64,000 bases of DNA. Source: a virus (Duplodnaviria > Heunggongvirae > Uroviricota > Caudoviricetes). Shown one piece after another: positions 27,483-36,800 of this stretch. The notes below the pieces were generated by a model. That model made no database searches. It worked only from the letters and a program-made list of their open reading frames with translations, and was not told where the DNA came from. The first letter of the stretch is position 1. The number at the start of each line of letters is the position of its first letter. The stretch is taken from positions 50,857 through 114,856 of the IMG/VR virus record IMGVR_UViG_3300033233_000013; one strand, 5' to 3'. Position numbers and translations under genes: made by a program.

Positions 27483-28528
27483 GCCTTCGCCTCCAGCGCC
27501 GCGTACGCGGCCGTGTCGCGATCGTCCGTGCCGCCCGGGTGGTCGTGGTGACTCCGTGCGGCGAGCCGCTTTTTTGCGTCGGTCTGTTCCTTCCCACCTG
27601 CCGGGGTGGGCGCGGTGATGACGGGCTTCCCGCCGCGCATCACGAGCTGCGCATGGCTCCCGCGACCGGCGGCAACCAGGTGATCCTCGGCCACTGTGTC
27701 GTGGTGCTCGGCGAGCTTCCGGTGGCGGTCCGCGTCGGTGTGCGACGATTCCGAGCGCCGCCAATCGTCGTCTTTCTCCGCGCTCGCGTGGTGGTCGCCC
27801 GCGCGCGCCGCATGGTGCTTTCCGGCGCCGTGGTGGAGGCGCGCGGCGTCGTGGTGATCGTCGTCGGAAAACTTCGCCGACTCCGCGCCCGAGGCGAAGA
27901 CCGGCTTCCCGGATTTCGTCTTCCCGAGCGTGTGCTGCCCGGCGGGTGGGGCGGGCTTCGCGAACGGGGCCGCCTTCAGGACGAGCCGCGGCTGTGTCGC
28001 GCGCGCGAGGCGTTCGGCGCATGCAGGATGGAGCTGCGCGCGGGCGCGACAGGTCGGGCAGCGCTGGAGATGTTCGCGCGCGACGGCCTGATCCAGCGCG
28101 TTCGGTGCGACGGGCTTGACGATCCGCGCCGGCAGCGTCGCCCAGCCGTGCCGGACCGCCACCGCGTGCGCCCCCGATCCGTTCACGATCGCATGCACGC
28201 CCTGCGCATTTGGGGGCGTGACGAGCAGTGGGCCGCGCTTCCCGCCCGTCCCCCCGGCCGCGGCGCGCATCGTCCGCTCCGCATGCTCGCCCGAGAGGCC
28301 CTTCAGCGGATCCAGCTGATCGAGCGGGAGATGGACCGTCCCCGTCGGCAGATGGAAGTAGCGTCCGTGGTCTTCGGGCAAGCGCTCGCCCGGCGTCGGC
28401 GCCTGGCCGTAGCGCCAGCGATGCTCCTCGGTGGTGTAGTAGCCGTGTCCCCCACGGCTGCCGGGGGCGCGCGGCTCCGCTTTCAACAGCAAACGAATCG
28501 CACGGAGCGGATGGAGGAGGAGCCGCAT
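27479..28528 (-). CDS. Polyvalent-associated protein with an LLKAE...GSRGGHGYYTTEEHRWRYG motif (two copies) and a His/Asp-rich C-terminal tail
   Basis: Probable start is Met75 of ORF 27479..28750, where GC3 rises. C-terminal DDDHHDAARLHHGAGKHHAARAGDHHASAEKDDD...SHHDHPGG. Confidence 0.45.
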   Translation of the reverse strand: MRLLLHPLRAIRLLLKAEPRAPGSRGGHGYYTTEEHRWRYGQAPTPGERLPEDHGRYFHLPTGTVHLPLDQLDPLKGLSGEHAERTMRAAAGGTGGKRGPLLVTPPNAQGVHAIVNGSGAHAVAVRHGWATLPARIVKPVAPNALDQAVAREHLQRCPTCRARAQLHPACAERLARATQPRLVLKAAPFAKPAPPAGQHTLGKTKSGKPVFASGAESAKFSDDDHHDAARLHHGAGKHHAARAGDHHASAEKDDDWRRSESSHTDADRHRKLAEHHDTVAEDHLVAAGRGSHAQLVMRGGKPVITAPTPAGGKEQTDAKKRLAARSHHDHPGGTDDRDTAAYAALEAKA

Positions 28529-28985
28529 CACCGTCGTGCCATCCCGCGGCTCCTTGTGCGGCCTATCTCGGGCGTGCGAGGATTTCCCGCCATGCTGTTC
28601 ACGGACGTGACCATCGTGTTCGGCGAGGTGCGCAGCATCCGCACGCAGGACACGGCCACGATGGCGCCAGCGGCCATCGCCTGCTTCCGCGATCTTTTGG
28701 CGACGGGTGCCCCGCGGTTTACGGTTCCCGGTCGCCGCGAGTGGGGCCACATCGAATGCGTAGTGCGCCGCGAGAATCCGAATGCGGTCGCCGACTTTCT
28801 CGTCGAGGGCGTCCGGTACACACGCAGTGCCCTGCTCGTCGCGGGCGGACCGCCCTCATGGCTCAGCGCCACCTTGCCGTCCGCCCGGCCGCTCCTCGCC
28901 ACGGTGATCGCGCCCGAGGCGGCCATCCGCCCCGACGCGATGGGGATCGTCGCCGACATGGAAACGTGTCTCGCGGCAGCGTTCT

Positions 28986-29945
28986 TCATCGCTTAGGTGG
29001 CGTGTTGCGCGAGATGTGCACCCAGACCAACTCGGGATCCTCGTGGTCGGGAGCCCAGTCTGCCTCCATGCCTTGCGCTCGCAATCGGGCGGCCAGTTGT
29101 TGGCCCAAGGGACGTGGAATTGCCTCGCTTAAGGCACCGTCAGTTTCGAGCTCTAGGCTGCCGAGCCCGAGTTGCCGCAACGCATCCTGGACAAGTGTTT
29201 CGGTGGTTTTCGGCGTCGTCGCGTTTTCCTGCTTGGAAGTTCCTGACTCAGCGTGGCCAGCACCGCGCTGCCCGTACCGCCACTTCCCTGATCGGGTTCG
29301 GTAGCCTACGCCACCCCGTGAGCCCGGCACTTTCGGGTCGGCTTTCTGGATGGTTCCATCGGTACATGATGGACAGTCGCTGATGGGTCCGATGCGGTGC
29401 TCTGCCATGTGACCTGCTCCTCTCTTGTCGACGTGCGCTTTCTGCAGACTCGCTTCAGCGGACCCGATGGCCGCTCGGACGCGATCCCATGAGGCGGGTC
29501 CCAGGGTCGAGGATGCCCGGAGCTTCGTAATCGCCTGCTCGCGCGTGTGGCCCTCGCGGATCAGGCGGCGGACATCCGCGACGGCTGTGGCAACGACGCC
29601 GGTGATACCCTCGCCGAGCGTCGGCGGCGCGCCGGCGTTCGGCGTCGCTCCGGTGAAGACCGCGCGGTGGCCTTCGTAAACAGGTTTCGCGCTCCGCGTA
29701 TGGCCGACCACGTGCCCGCCACGCGACCCCTCGCCCGTGCCTACTTTCTGCAGCGCCGCGCCGCTCGCGACCGCCCCGAAGTACTTCCGCTGCTGGTCCG
29801 TGATCGGGTGACCATGCACCGTGCCATCGTGCAAGATCTCCTTCGCCTTGTCCGGCGAGAGATCCCCCCGCGCCTGGTGGCGCTGGCAGTGAATGCAGCG
29901 ATCATGATCGGTCGTCGCGTGTCCCGCCTTCAGGATCAGCCGCAT
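28986..29945 (-). CDS. Polyvalent-associated protein with LILKAGH and ...PGSRGGVGYRTRSGKWRYGQ motifs plus CxxC pairs
   Basis: Internal Met MRLILKAGHATTDHDRCIHCQ... of ORF 28986..30032. Confidence 0.5.
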   Translation of the reverse strand: MRLILKAGHATTDHDRCIHCQRHQARGDLSPDKAKEILHDGTVHGHPITDQQRKYFGAVASGAALQKVGTGEGSRGGHVVGHTRSAKPVYEGHRAVFTGATPNAGAPPTLGEGITGVVATAVADVRRLIREGHTREQAITKLRASSTLGPASWDRVRAAIGSAEASLQKAHVDKRGAGHMAEHRIGPISDCPSCTDGTIQKADPKVPGSRGGVGYRTRSGKWRYGQRGAGHAESGTSKQENATTPKTTETLVQDALRQLGLGSLELETDGALSEAIPRPLGQQLAARLRAQGMEADWAPDHEDPELVWVHISRNTPPKR

Positions 29946-31378
29946 GTCGTTCCCCTTGTCCTCATCGGAGCGCCGCTCGACTCGTCCGCAAGAGTCGGCG
30001 GCTTGCCACGAGCAGCCGATCGGTGTCCGCAATCACGCGCATCAGCCGGCGCACCGAAGCGGGCGCGTGCGTCGGCTCTCTCTCTCTCGACCGCGAGCGC
30101 GCGTTGCGATGCGTGCAACGCCGCGACCGTCCGCTGGCGCGCTGGACTCTTGGCCATCCGCATGCCGCACCACCCGCGATGCGTGCGCGCCTCACGGCCG
30201 CAGCGGCAGAGAATAGGGCGCCCGAGAAGTGCCTCGACGATCCGGCGCGCCTTATCGACGGTCTCGCGCGTGACGCCAACCGTGCAGGCGATCTCGCGGA
30301 GTGAGTCTCCGTTGACGATAGCCGTGATGAGCGTCGCGAGCTGGTCGCCGCGCGCCCGCAGCCCACGCGGCCCCATGATCGCGAACACGTCGACGTTCTC
30401 GGGGACGGGGACATCGAGTACTGCGGCCACGCGCAGCAACGAGCGCGTGGCCATGTCTTCCTCGTGACACGAGGATTCGATGGGCGGTGGCACCGCGGAG
30501 CGCGCGGCATAGCGTTCGGCGACCCGGCGCGCGATCGCCTCGCGGCGGAGTTCCGCTCGGCGCTGATAGCAGGGTCGGCACAGCTGCCCGAGAATCGGCG
30601 TGCCGCACGTCGCACGCTCGCTGCCGGCGATCCCCGGGCATGGGACAGACCACCGCGACCGCTGCGGAGACGGCCCGTCTCCAGGTTCGACGACGACGTC
30701 AACGGGACCTGGATCTACCGTCTGCTCTTCGACCTTCTCTTCTTGGCTGCCATAGGCACCTCCCTCACCGTTCGGGAGACGGGCAGTCTCGGCAGCGGTC
30801 GTGACGTGTGGCGGCACCAGATGGAGTCCGCCGAACTCCGCGAAGTCCGGGAGGTAGTCATGGCGGACGACGAAGTCCCAGGCGTTGCGGTCGATCTTCG
30901 GCGGTACGACGCGCTTCGGAGCGACGACCTGATTCGCCGAGCGGAGCGGCGGCGCAGGGGGCACGATGGACAGCTCCCCAGCGGGGCGAAGCGTCCGATA
31001 GACCGGGTAGCGCGCGCCATCGGGCACGAGCACGTGGTTGGCTTCCCAAATCCGGCGCAAGCGCTCGGCGAAGACCTCGCGCTCGAACCCGAGCGCATCA
31101 CAGAGCGATTCGGCCGATCCCCACTCGCCCGCGGGCCGCTCGTCGTCGCGCCACCACCACTGCGCATTCGCACGGGCGCCGCGCGTATCGGAGTGCGCGA
31201 AGGCCGAGCAGCCCTGGCGCGCCGCGTCCTCGATCGCGGCCGTCATGACGGCGACCATGAGCCGGCGCGTGCCGTCCTCGAGCGGGAGCCCTTGCCGTGG
31301 CGCGCCGCCGATCGACGCCGGGTCGAGCCCGTCGAGGCTGTCGCCGCGACCGAGGGGATTGCCGGTGCCGGTCGCCAT
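29936..31378 (-). CDS. Putative regulator (~480 aa): N-terminal ANAQWWWxDD domain, Zn-ribbons, and a sigma-70 region-4 / LuxR-like HTH
   Basis: Internal Met MATGTGNPLGRGD... on an ATGA overlap. HTH segment LATLITAIVNGDSLREIACTVGVTRETVDKARRIVEAL. Cys pairs CGTPILGQLCRPC and CRCGREARTHRGWC. Confidence 0.5.
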   Translation of the reverse strand: MATGTGNPLGRGDSLDGLDPASIGGAPRQGLPLEDGTRRLMVAVMTAAIEDAARQGCSAFAHSDTRGARANAQWWWRDDERPAGEWGSAESLCDALGFEREVFAERLRRIWEANHVLVPDGARYPVYRTLRPAGELSIVPPAPPLRSANQVVAPKRVVPPKIDRNAWDFVVRHDYLPDFAEFGGLHLVPPHVTTAAETARLPNGEGGAYGSQEEKVEEQTVDPGPVDVVVEPGDGPSPQRSRWSVPCPGIAGSERATCGTPILGQLCRPCYQRRAELRREAIARRVAERYAARSAVPPPIESSCHEEDMATRSLLRVAAVLDVPVPENVDVFAIMGPRGLRARGDQLATLITAIVNGDSLREIACTVGVTRETVDKARRIVEALLGRPILCRCGREARTHRGWCGMRMAKSPARQRTVAALHASQRALAVERERADARARFGAPADARDCGHRSAARGKPPTLADESSGAPMRTRGTTCG

Positions 31379-32601
31379 TAGGCAAGCCCTCGCTGTTCCA
31401 TCATCTGCGCGTACTGGGGCGCGGAGCGCGCGAACACGGCGGCGAGTGCGGGTTGCCAGGTGAGGGCAGGCGAATCCAAGCAGTTGGGGTGGCTCGGTCC
31501 GATGCGGTGACGCCACTCGCGCCACGGGCCGCGGTTCGGCCCGAGCTGGTCCTCCGCTTCGAGCTGGCGGACGGTGATCAAGCGCGGCGTGCCATCGCCG
31601 TTCTTCCAGAGGCGGAGACAGCCCGAGCACGGGTTGGCGGCGAGCGTCTTGTAAACGAGGGTCTCGGGGGTCCAGTTCCGGGAGCGCCGTTCCCCTTCGA
31701 ATGCCCCACGGAGCCGCGCCTCTTGGATCTCCGTCCGCGCCACACGTTCGAAGTCGCGCTGGATGCCCTCCTCGACCCCGAGGCGCTGATAGAGCTGGCG
31801 TGCGAACTCTCGCGGGTGGACTTCCGCTCGAATGGCGTCGGCGGTCATCGTCCGCAGCAAGTCGCACTCATGTTCGAGCATCCCGGCGTGTGCAGCCGTG
31901 CCATCGCGGAGTAGCACCGGCGTCAGATACTCGCCGGCGCGCGCGCGGGCGACCGCGATCGCGACCTCGTCGGAATGGAGGAGCGGCGTCTCGCCGGCGA
32001 GCTGCAGGACCCGCGGCCAGGCGAACCGGACGCCGGGCTTGCGGAGCTCGGCGTCGATGAGGCCAAGCTTGTAGCTGACCCCCGGGAAATCGAGCACGTC
32101 GCGATCGGTGAAGCCGAGCTTCCGCACGGCCTGCTCGACGCCGGGGCTCAGCGGATTCGCGACGCTCCAGCGGATCGCTTGGCGCTGATCGAACAGCAGC
32201 CGCTCGAACGCCTCGAGCTGCGCCGCCTCGTGGAGGTGGCCCGCGTGCCAGGTCAGGAAATCCTCGATCGCGGCGCGGAGGAGCGCCCGCACGGACCCGA
32301 CGTGCGTCCGCGCCTGCTCGGCCACGAGCTCGAGCCACCACTCCTCGAACGCGAGTCCGGGCTGCACCTGGACGGCCTTCATCCACGGCCCGACCTCGTA
32401 GGCGCCGGGGATCGGAAAGAGCGCGTCCCAGAGCGTGCGCGGATCGACGGCGCGGGCGGCGGGATGCGAGAGCGCGACCTCGAGACGCTGCCCGCTCGCC
32501 GCCTTCACGACGTACGTGCCGGCAGCGGGAAAGAGCTCGGCGAGGAGGGTGGCGACCTCGCGCGCCGGGACGACGTCGTCGGCGATGACCAGCTCGAGCA
32601 T
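31378..32601 (-). CDS. MuF / SPP1 gp7-like head morphogenesis protein
   Basis: Internal Met MLELVIADDVVPAREV... on an ATGA overlap. C-terminal MuF signature NPCSGCLRLWKNGDGTPRLITVRQL...GPNRGPWREWRHRIGPSHPNC. Confidence 0.7.
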   Translation of the reverse strand: MLELVIADDVVPAREVATLLAELFPAAGTYVVKAASGQRLEVALSHPAARAVDPRTLWDALFPIPGAYEVGPWMKAVQVQPGLAFEEWWLELVAEQARTHVGSVRALLRAAIEDFLTWHAGHLHEAAQLEAFERLLFDQRQAIRWSVANPLSPGVEQAVRKLGFTDRDVLDFPGVSYKLGLIDAELRKPGVRFAWPRVLQLAGETPLLHSDEVAIAVARARAGEYLTPVLLRDGTAAHAGMLEHECDLLRTMTADAIRAEVHPREFARQLYQRLGVEEGIQRDFERVARTEIQEARLRGAFEGERRSRNWTPETLVYKTLAANPCSGCLRLWKNGDGTPRLITVRQLEAEDQLGPNRGPWREWRHRIGPSHPNCLDSPALTWQPALAAVFARSAPQYAQMMEQRGLA

Positions 32602-33848
32602 CAGTCGTCTCCGGTCCGCACGCGGACGATGCCCGGGCCACCCATGCGAACGCGGACGATGCCGGTTCCGCCGCTCCGCACGCGCTCCGTGCCGAGCACG
32701 AGGCCGTGCGCGAGCGGCTGCACGACCGCGTGGAGGTCGAGACTCGCGACGCTCCCCGCGGGCAGGAGGATGCGTAGATCGGCCGTCAGCACCGCGGCCT
32801 GGTCGACGAGCTGGACGCGGCCGTCGGCCGTCTCCGTCGTGGCGGCACGGATGGTCGCCCGGAGGTCGGCGAGCGGCGTCGTCGGCGCCGTGATCCCGAT
32901 ACGGGCATCCGCCGCGAGCGTCGATACCGCCCGCACGACCGCCCGAAAATCGCCTCCTTGCGTCTGTGCGGCCCGGATCGCGACCCGTCCGTCGGCCGTC
33001 CGCGAGGCCGCCGTCTGCACGATCGCGCGGAGATCGGCCGGCTGGACGAGCGCGTTCTGGATCCGCACGCGGCCATCGGCGAGCGCGTCCTGGAGGGCGG
33101 CCACCTGGACGCGGAGATCGAGGGTCTGACTCTGCCCGCCGCCGACGGTCGCGCGGAGATCCGCGAGATGGGTCGTGGCGGCACGGACGACCGCCCGGAG
33201 ATCGGCGGTGCGCGTGAGCGCGGCCCCGATCACGACCCGCCCATCCGCGCTGCCGAGCGCCGCAAGCGTCACGCCGACCCGGAGATCCGCCGTCCGCGTC
33301 GTCGCGGCCTGCACGACCGCGCGGCAATCCGCCACGCTCGCCGTCTCGATGCTGACGAGGACGCGGCCATCGGCGATGACCGTGGTCGCGGCCTTCACGA
33401 TCGCACGCCCGTCCGCGCCCTGCGTCGTCGCGGCCCGAATCGCCGCCCGAAGATCGCCGAGCAGAGTCATGGCGGCCCGGACGACGGCGCGGAGATCGAG
33501 CGTGCGGGTGGCGCTGTTCTGCACGCGGACGAGGAGATCGAGGAGCGCGTCGGTATCGTCGCGGAGAACGGCGCGGCCGTCAGCAAGACGGGTCGCCGCG
33601 GCGCGCACCACCGCGCGGGCGTCCGTGGTCGGGGTCGCGGTCCCCTGGACGCCGATCTTCAGATCACACGCGACCGGGGCCGGTCGCTGGATCTGTTGAT
33701 CCCACCACGTGAAATAGCCCAACCGCCCCTCCCCCGTGCGGCGCGCCCTGTAGCATAGGCGGGCGGGGGCGTGCGGACGGTGCCAAGCAAGCGCGGACGG
33801 GAAGGAAACGGTGGGGTTGACATCGCTGATAGGAGACGCCAGGGCCAC
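32601..33848 (-). CDS. Tandem-repeat protein made of ~25 copies of a 13-residue unit (consensus ~ADLRAVVRAATTR)
   Basis: ORF 32601..33848 sits on an ATGA overlap with the MuF start, and is co-oriented with the operon. The underlying DNA is a degenerate 39-bp tandem repeat. Confidence 0.45.
   Translation of the reverse strand: MALASPISDVNPTVSFPSALAWHRPHAPARLCYRARRTGEGRLGYFTWWDQQIQRPAPVACDLKIGVQGTATPTTDARAVVRAAATRLADGRAVLRDDTDALLDLLVRVQNSATRTLDLRAVVRAAMTLLGDLRAAIRAATTQGADGRAIVKAATTVIADGRVLVSIETASVADCRAVVQAATTRTADLRVGVTLAALGSADGRVVIGAALTRTADLRAVVRAATTHLADLRATVGGGQSQTLDLRVQVAALQDALADGRVRIQNALVQPADLRAIVQTAASRTADGRVAIRAAQTQGGDFRAVVRAVSTLAADARIGITAPTTPLADLRATIRAATTETADGRVQLVDQAAVLTADLRILLPAGSVASLDLHAVVQPLAHGLVLGTERVRSGGTGIVRVRMGGPGIVRVRTGDD
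32640..33700 (-). repeat. Degenerate 39-bp tandem repeat array (~27 units) that encodes the 13-aa repeat protein
   Basis: Recurrent ...GCGGCCCGGACGACCGCCCGGAGATCG... periodicity is visible on both strands. There are no spacers, so it is not CRISPR-like. Confidence 0.55.
33772..33790 (-). promoter_or_regulatory. Partial copy of the conserved motif (GCTTGGCACCGTCCGCACG)
   Basis: Shares the CTTGGCAC core. It lies upstream of the repeat-protein/MuF operon. Confidence 0.3.
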
Positions 33849-33881
33849 GCATCGGGTGCGTCAGCATCTCAAGCCCCAGGA

Positions 33882-36800
33882 TCAGAACGCGCCGCCTTCC
33901 ATGGTCGCACCGCCATCGAGTTGGCCCTCGCGGGCACTCGGGAGTCCCTGGAAGATGCCCGCCACGACGATGCGCCCGAGCCCCGGAAAGCCGGCGGCGG
34001 TGTTGACCGAGGCGGAGGACGACGTTGGGGCGAGACAGAAGACGCTCGCGAGCTGCACCGCGACCTGGCTCCCACTCGGCAGCTCATGCGCGCCGAAGGC
34101 CGTCACGCTCGCGCCCACGATGCCGTTGTCGAGGAAGCAGGGGCGGTTGCGAAACACGGAGCACGTCTCGGCCACGCACGTGCTCCCCGGGCATGCCGAG
34201 TTCGTCGTGCAGAGTCCGCCCGCGTTCGTCCCCGCCGCACACCGCGCGTAAGGCGCACAATCCGCGTCGATCGCGCATTCGACAAACGTCGCCGTGGGGC
34301 CGCAGAGGTTGTCAAACGGTCCGCCCGCACATTGCCCGTTGCCGCCACCGGCACACGTGCTGCCCGGGCACTCAGACGCCTCGGCGCAGACCGCATTCGC
34401 ATTCACGCCCGCGATGCACCGCCCATCAATGGCCGAGCAGTGTCCATCATCGCAGGCGTTCGGTGCCGTCGCGAGGCCGGGCACGATACACGCCCCGCTC
34501 GGACACTCGCTCGAGACGCTGCACGGCGTCCCGGCGTTGGTCCCCGATTGACACCGACGCCCGCCGCAGACGGTGGCCCCGACCGCGGTGCAATCGGCAT
34601 TGCTCGCGCACACCGTGGCCGCTGCGTTGTTGCAGGTGTCGCAGAAGCACGCGAGGGATGTGGATCCGACCGCGCGGCACGGCGGGCTCGCGCCGGTCAG
34701 CGCCCGGGTCTCATGATGCGTCGAGAGCGCGAGCGGAAGCGTCATCTTCCCGATGGTGCCGCTCGGTGGGCAGTCGAGACTCGTCGTGCCGAACCAGCCG
34801 TTCGGGTGCGTGCCGTTGGCATCGCAGGCAAGGCCGATACGGGGACCGTCGGAACAGGTGCCGTCCTGCACCCCGTCATCCTCGGCCACGTCGCCGACGC
34901 AGAGCGGACAGGGCGCATCGGTGTGGAGGCCGTTCGCCACGTCGGCGATGGCCGTCCCCGCGACTTCGGCATCCCCGGTGTTGAGGTTCACGGTGCCGGA
35001 GAGATTCGTCGCGAAGTGGACGAGCGCGCAGACCGGCACGCTCCCCGCGCTGAACGGAATCGGCCCGCCGAAGAAGTCGCGGCAGACGTCGCCGGCCGCG
35101 CAGCCGCCCGTGTCGCCGCATCGGGTCTGCGGCTGATCCACGCACCGCCGGGTCGCGAGCTGGCGGAAGGGTGGCGGGGTCGCTTGCGGCGGCGCAAAGG
35201 GATTCGTCGTGAGCCCCGTCACCTGGCAGACGCCGCACGGCACTGTCGGGTTGTCGCAGTGCTGCACCCGGAGCGTCAGGGACGCGTTGCCGCTGAGCGT
35301 CTGCCCGTGTGCCGTGCCCGTCCACCCGAGGTCGAGGTGGGCATTCTCGGCCGGGTTGTTGATGAACGAGAGCTGTCCTGGACAGGAAATCGGCGGGCCG
35401 GGGGGTGCCGTCGCGGTCGCCGTCGGCGTTGGCGTCACCGTCTCAGTCGGGGTCGCGGAGAGCGTCGGTGTTGGCGTCTCCGTCGCGGTCAGTGTGGGCG
35501 TCGGCGTCTCCGTGACGGTCGGCGTCGGCGTCGCTGTCTTCGTCGGCGTGGCCGTCACGGTCGGCGTCGGCGTGAGCGCGGGCGTCGCGGTCAGCGTCGC
35601 GGTCGCCGTGACCGTGGGCGTGGGAGTAGCGGTCACCGTCGGCGTCGGCGTGACTGTGATCGTCGGCGTGGCACTCGGCGTCGGCGTCCCGGAGGCGACG
35701 CAGAGGTCGACGTACGGATACGCATCGTGGAGCCCGTTGCCCTCGATGACGGTGCTGTTCGTGATGAGGTCGACGCCGTTGCCTGCCGTTGGCTCCCCGC
35801 CGCTGACCCACGCGCGGAAGGCGACTTTCGACGCCGGCACGAAGTTGTCGAGGTTCGTGAGCGTGAGCACGTTCCACGCAAACGTGGTCAGGCTATTGAT
35901 CGTGACCGAGGCCGCGACCGGATCGGTACTCCCGCTCTCTTCCTTCACGTAGTCGCTGCAACTGAACGTCGTCGGCGGGCTCGGCCAATACTTCAGCACG
36001 AAGTTCCGCACCCCGTCGAAGTTGTCGCGGTTCGTGACACCATAGACGAACTTCGCGGCCGCCACGTGATGCCCGGATGGCACGGCCGTCGTCGTATCGA
36101 GCCGCATCAGCATCACGTCGGTGTACCAGTTGTCATAGTCGCACGCGGACTGATTGCAGACGTGCGCGTGGTAGACCTCGTGCGCGAAGAGATAGGGAGG
36201 ATTGTTCGCGCCGCCGATGAAGCTCGTACAGCGCGTGATCTGCGCATACGAGCCCATGCCAGTACACGTTCCACCCGGACACCCGCTGCTGTTCGTGCAG
36301 GCGCCGTTATTGTTGGTCCCGCCCGTGCATTTCGGCTGATTCGTACACGCCCCGCTCGGACATTCACTGCTCGTCACACACGCCGTGCCATTGTTTGCGC
36401 CGCCGTAGCAATACGTCGGGGAGTAGCCGCGCACGTACGCCTTATCGGCCGTCCCGGCGAGCACGACGCGCTGATAGTCCTCGCCGGCATTGCACGAGAT
36501 CATCGGTGTTGGCGTGGGCGTGACGGTCGGCGTTGGTGTCACGGTGAGTGTCGGCGTTGGCGTTTCCGTGACCGTGGCCGTGGGGGTGGGTGTCGCCGTC
36601 AAGGTTGGCGTGGGCGTCAGAGTCGGCGTCTTCGTCGGCGGGGGCGTGGCGGTGATCGTGGGTGTCGGTGTGGGCGTCGGCGTCACCGTGGGGGTTGGCG
36701 TTGTCGTGGGTGTCGGCGTCACGGTCGGCGTCGGCGTGAGAGTCTGCGTCGGCGTCGGCACTTCGAGCGGCGTGGATGTGATGGTTGGCGTCGCCGAGAG

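Noticed and set aside
28528-28989. 153-aa minus-strand ORF, plus the first 74 codons of ORF 27479-28750
   Set aside because: Arg/Ser/Thr-rich with low GC3. This is probably a non-coding leader, and the real start is more likely near 28528.
32640-33700. CRISPR-like array, or terminase pac-site repeats, as the explanation for the 39-bp tandem repeats
   Set aside because: There are no unique spacers. The units are degenerate and contiguous, they maintain an open reading frame coupled to MuF, and they are far from the terminase genes.
32958-33758. 266-aa plus-strand ORF with GLHDRAEIGR repeats
   Set aside because: This is the opposite-strand reading of the same tandem repeat. It is not coupled to neighbouring genes and its composition is less protein-like than the minus-strand frame.
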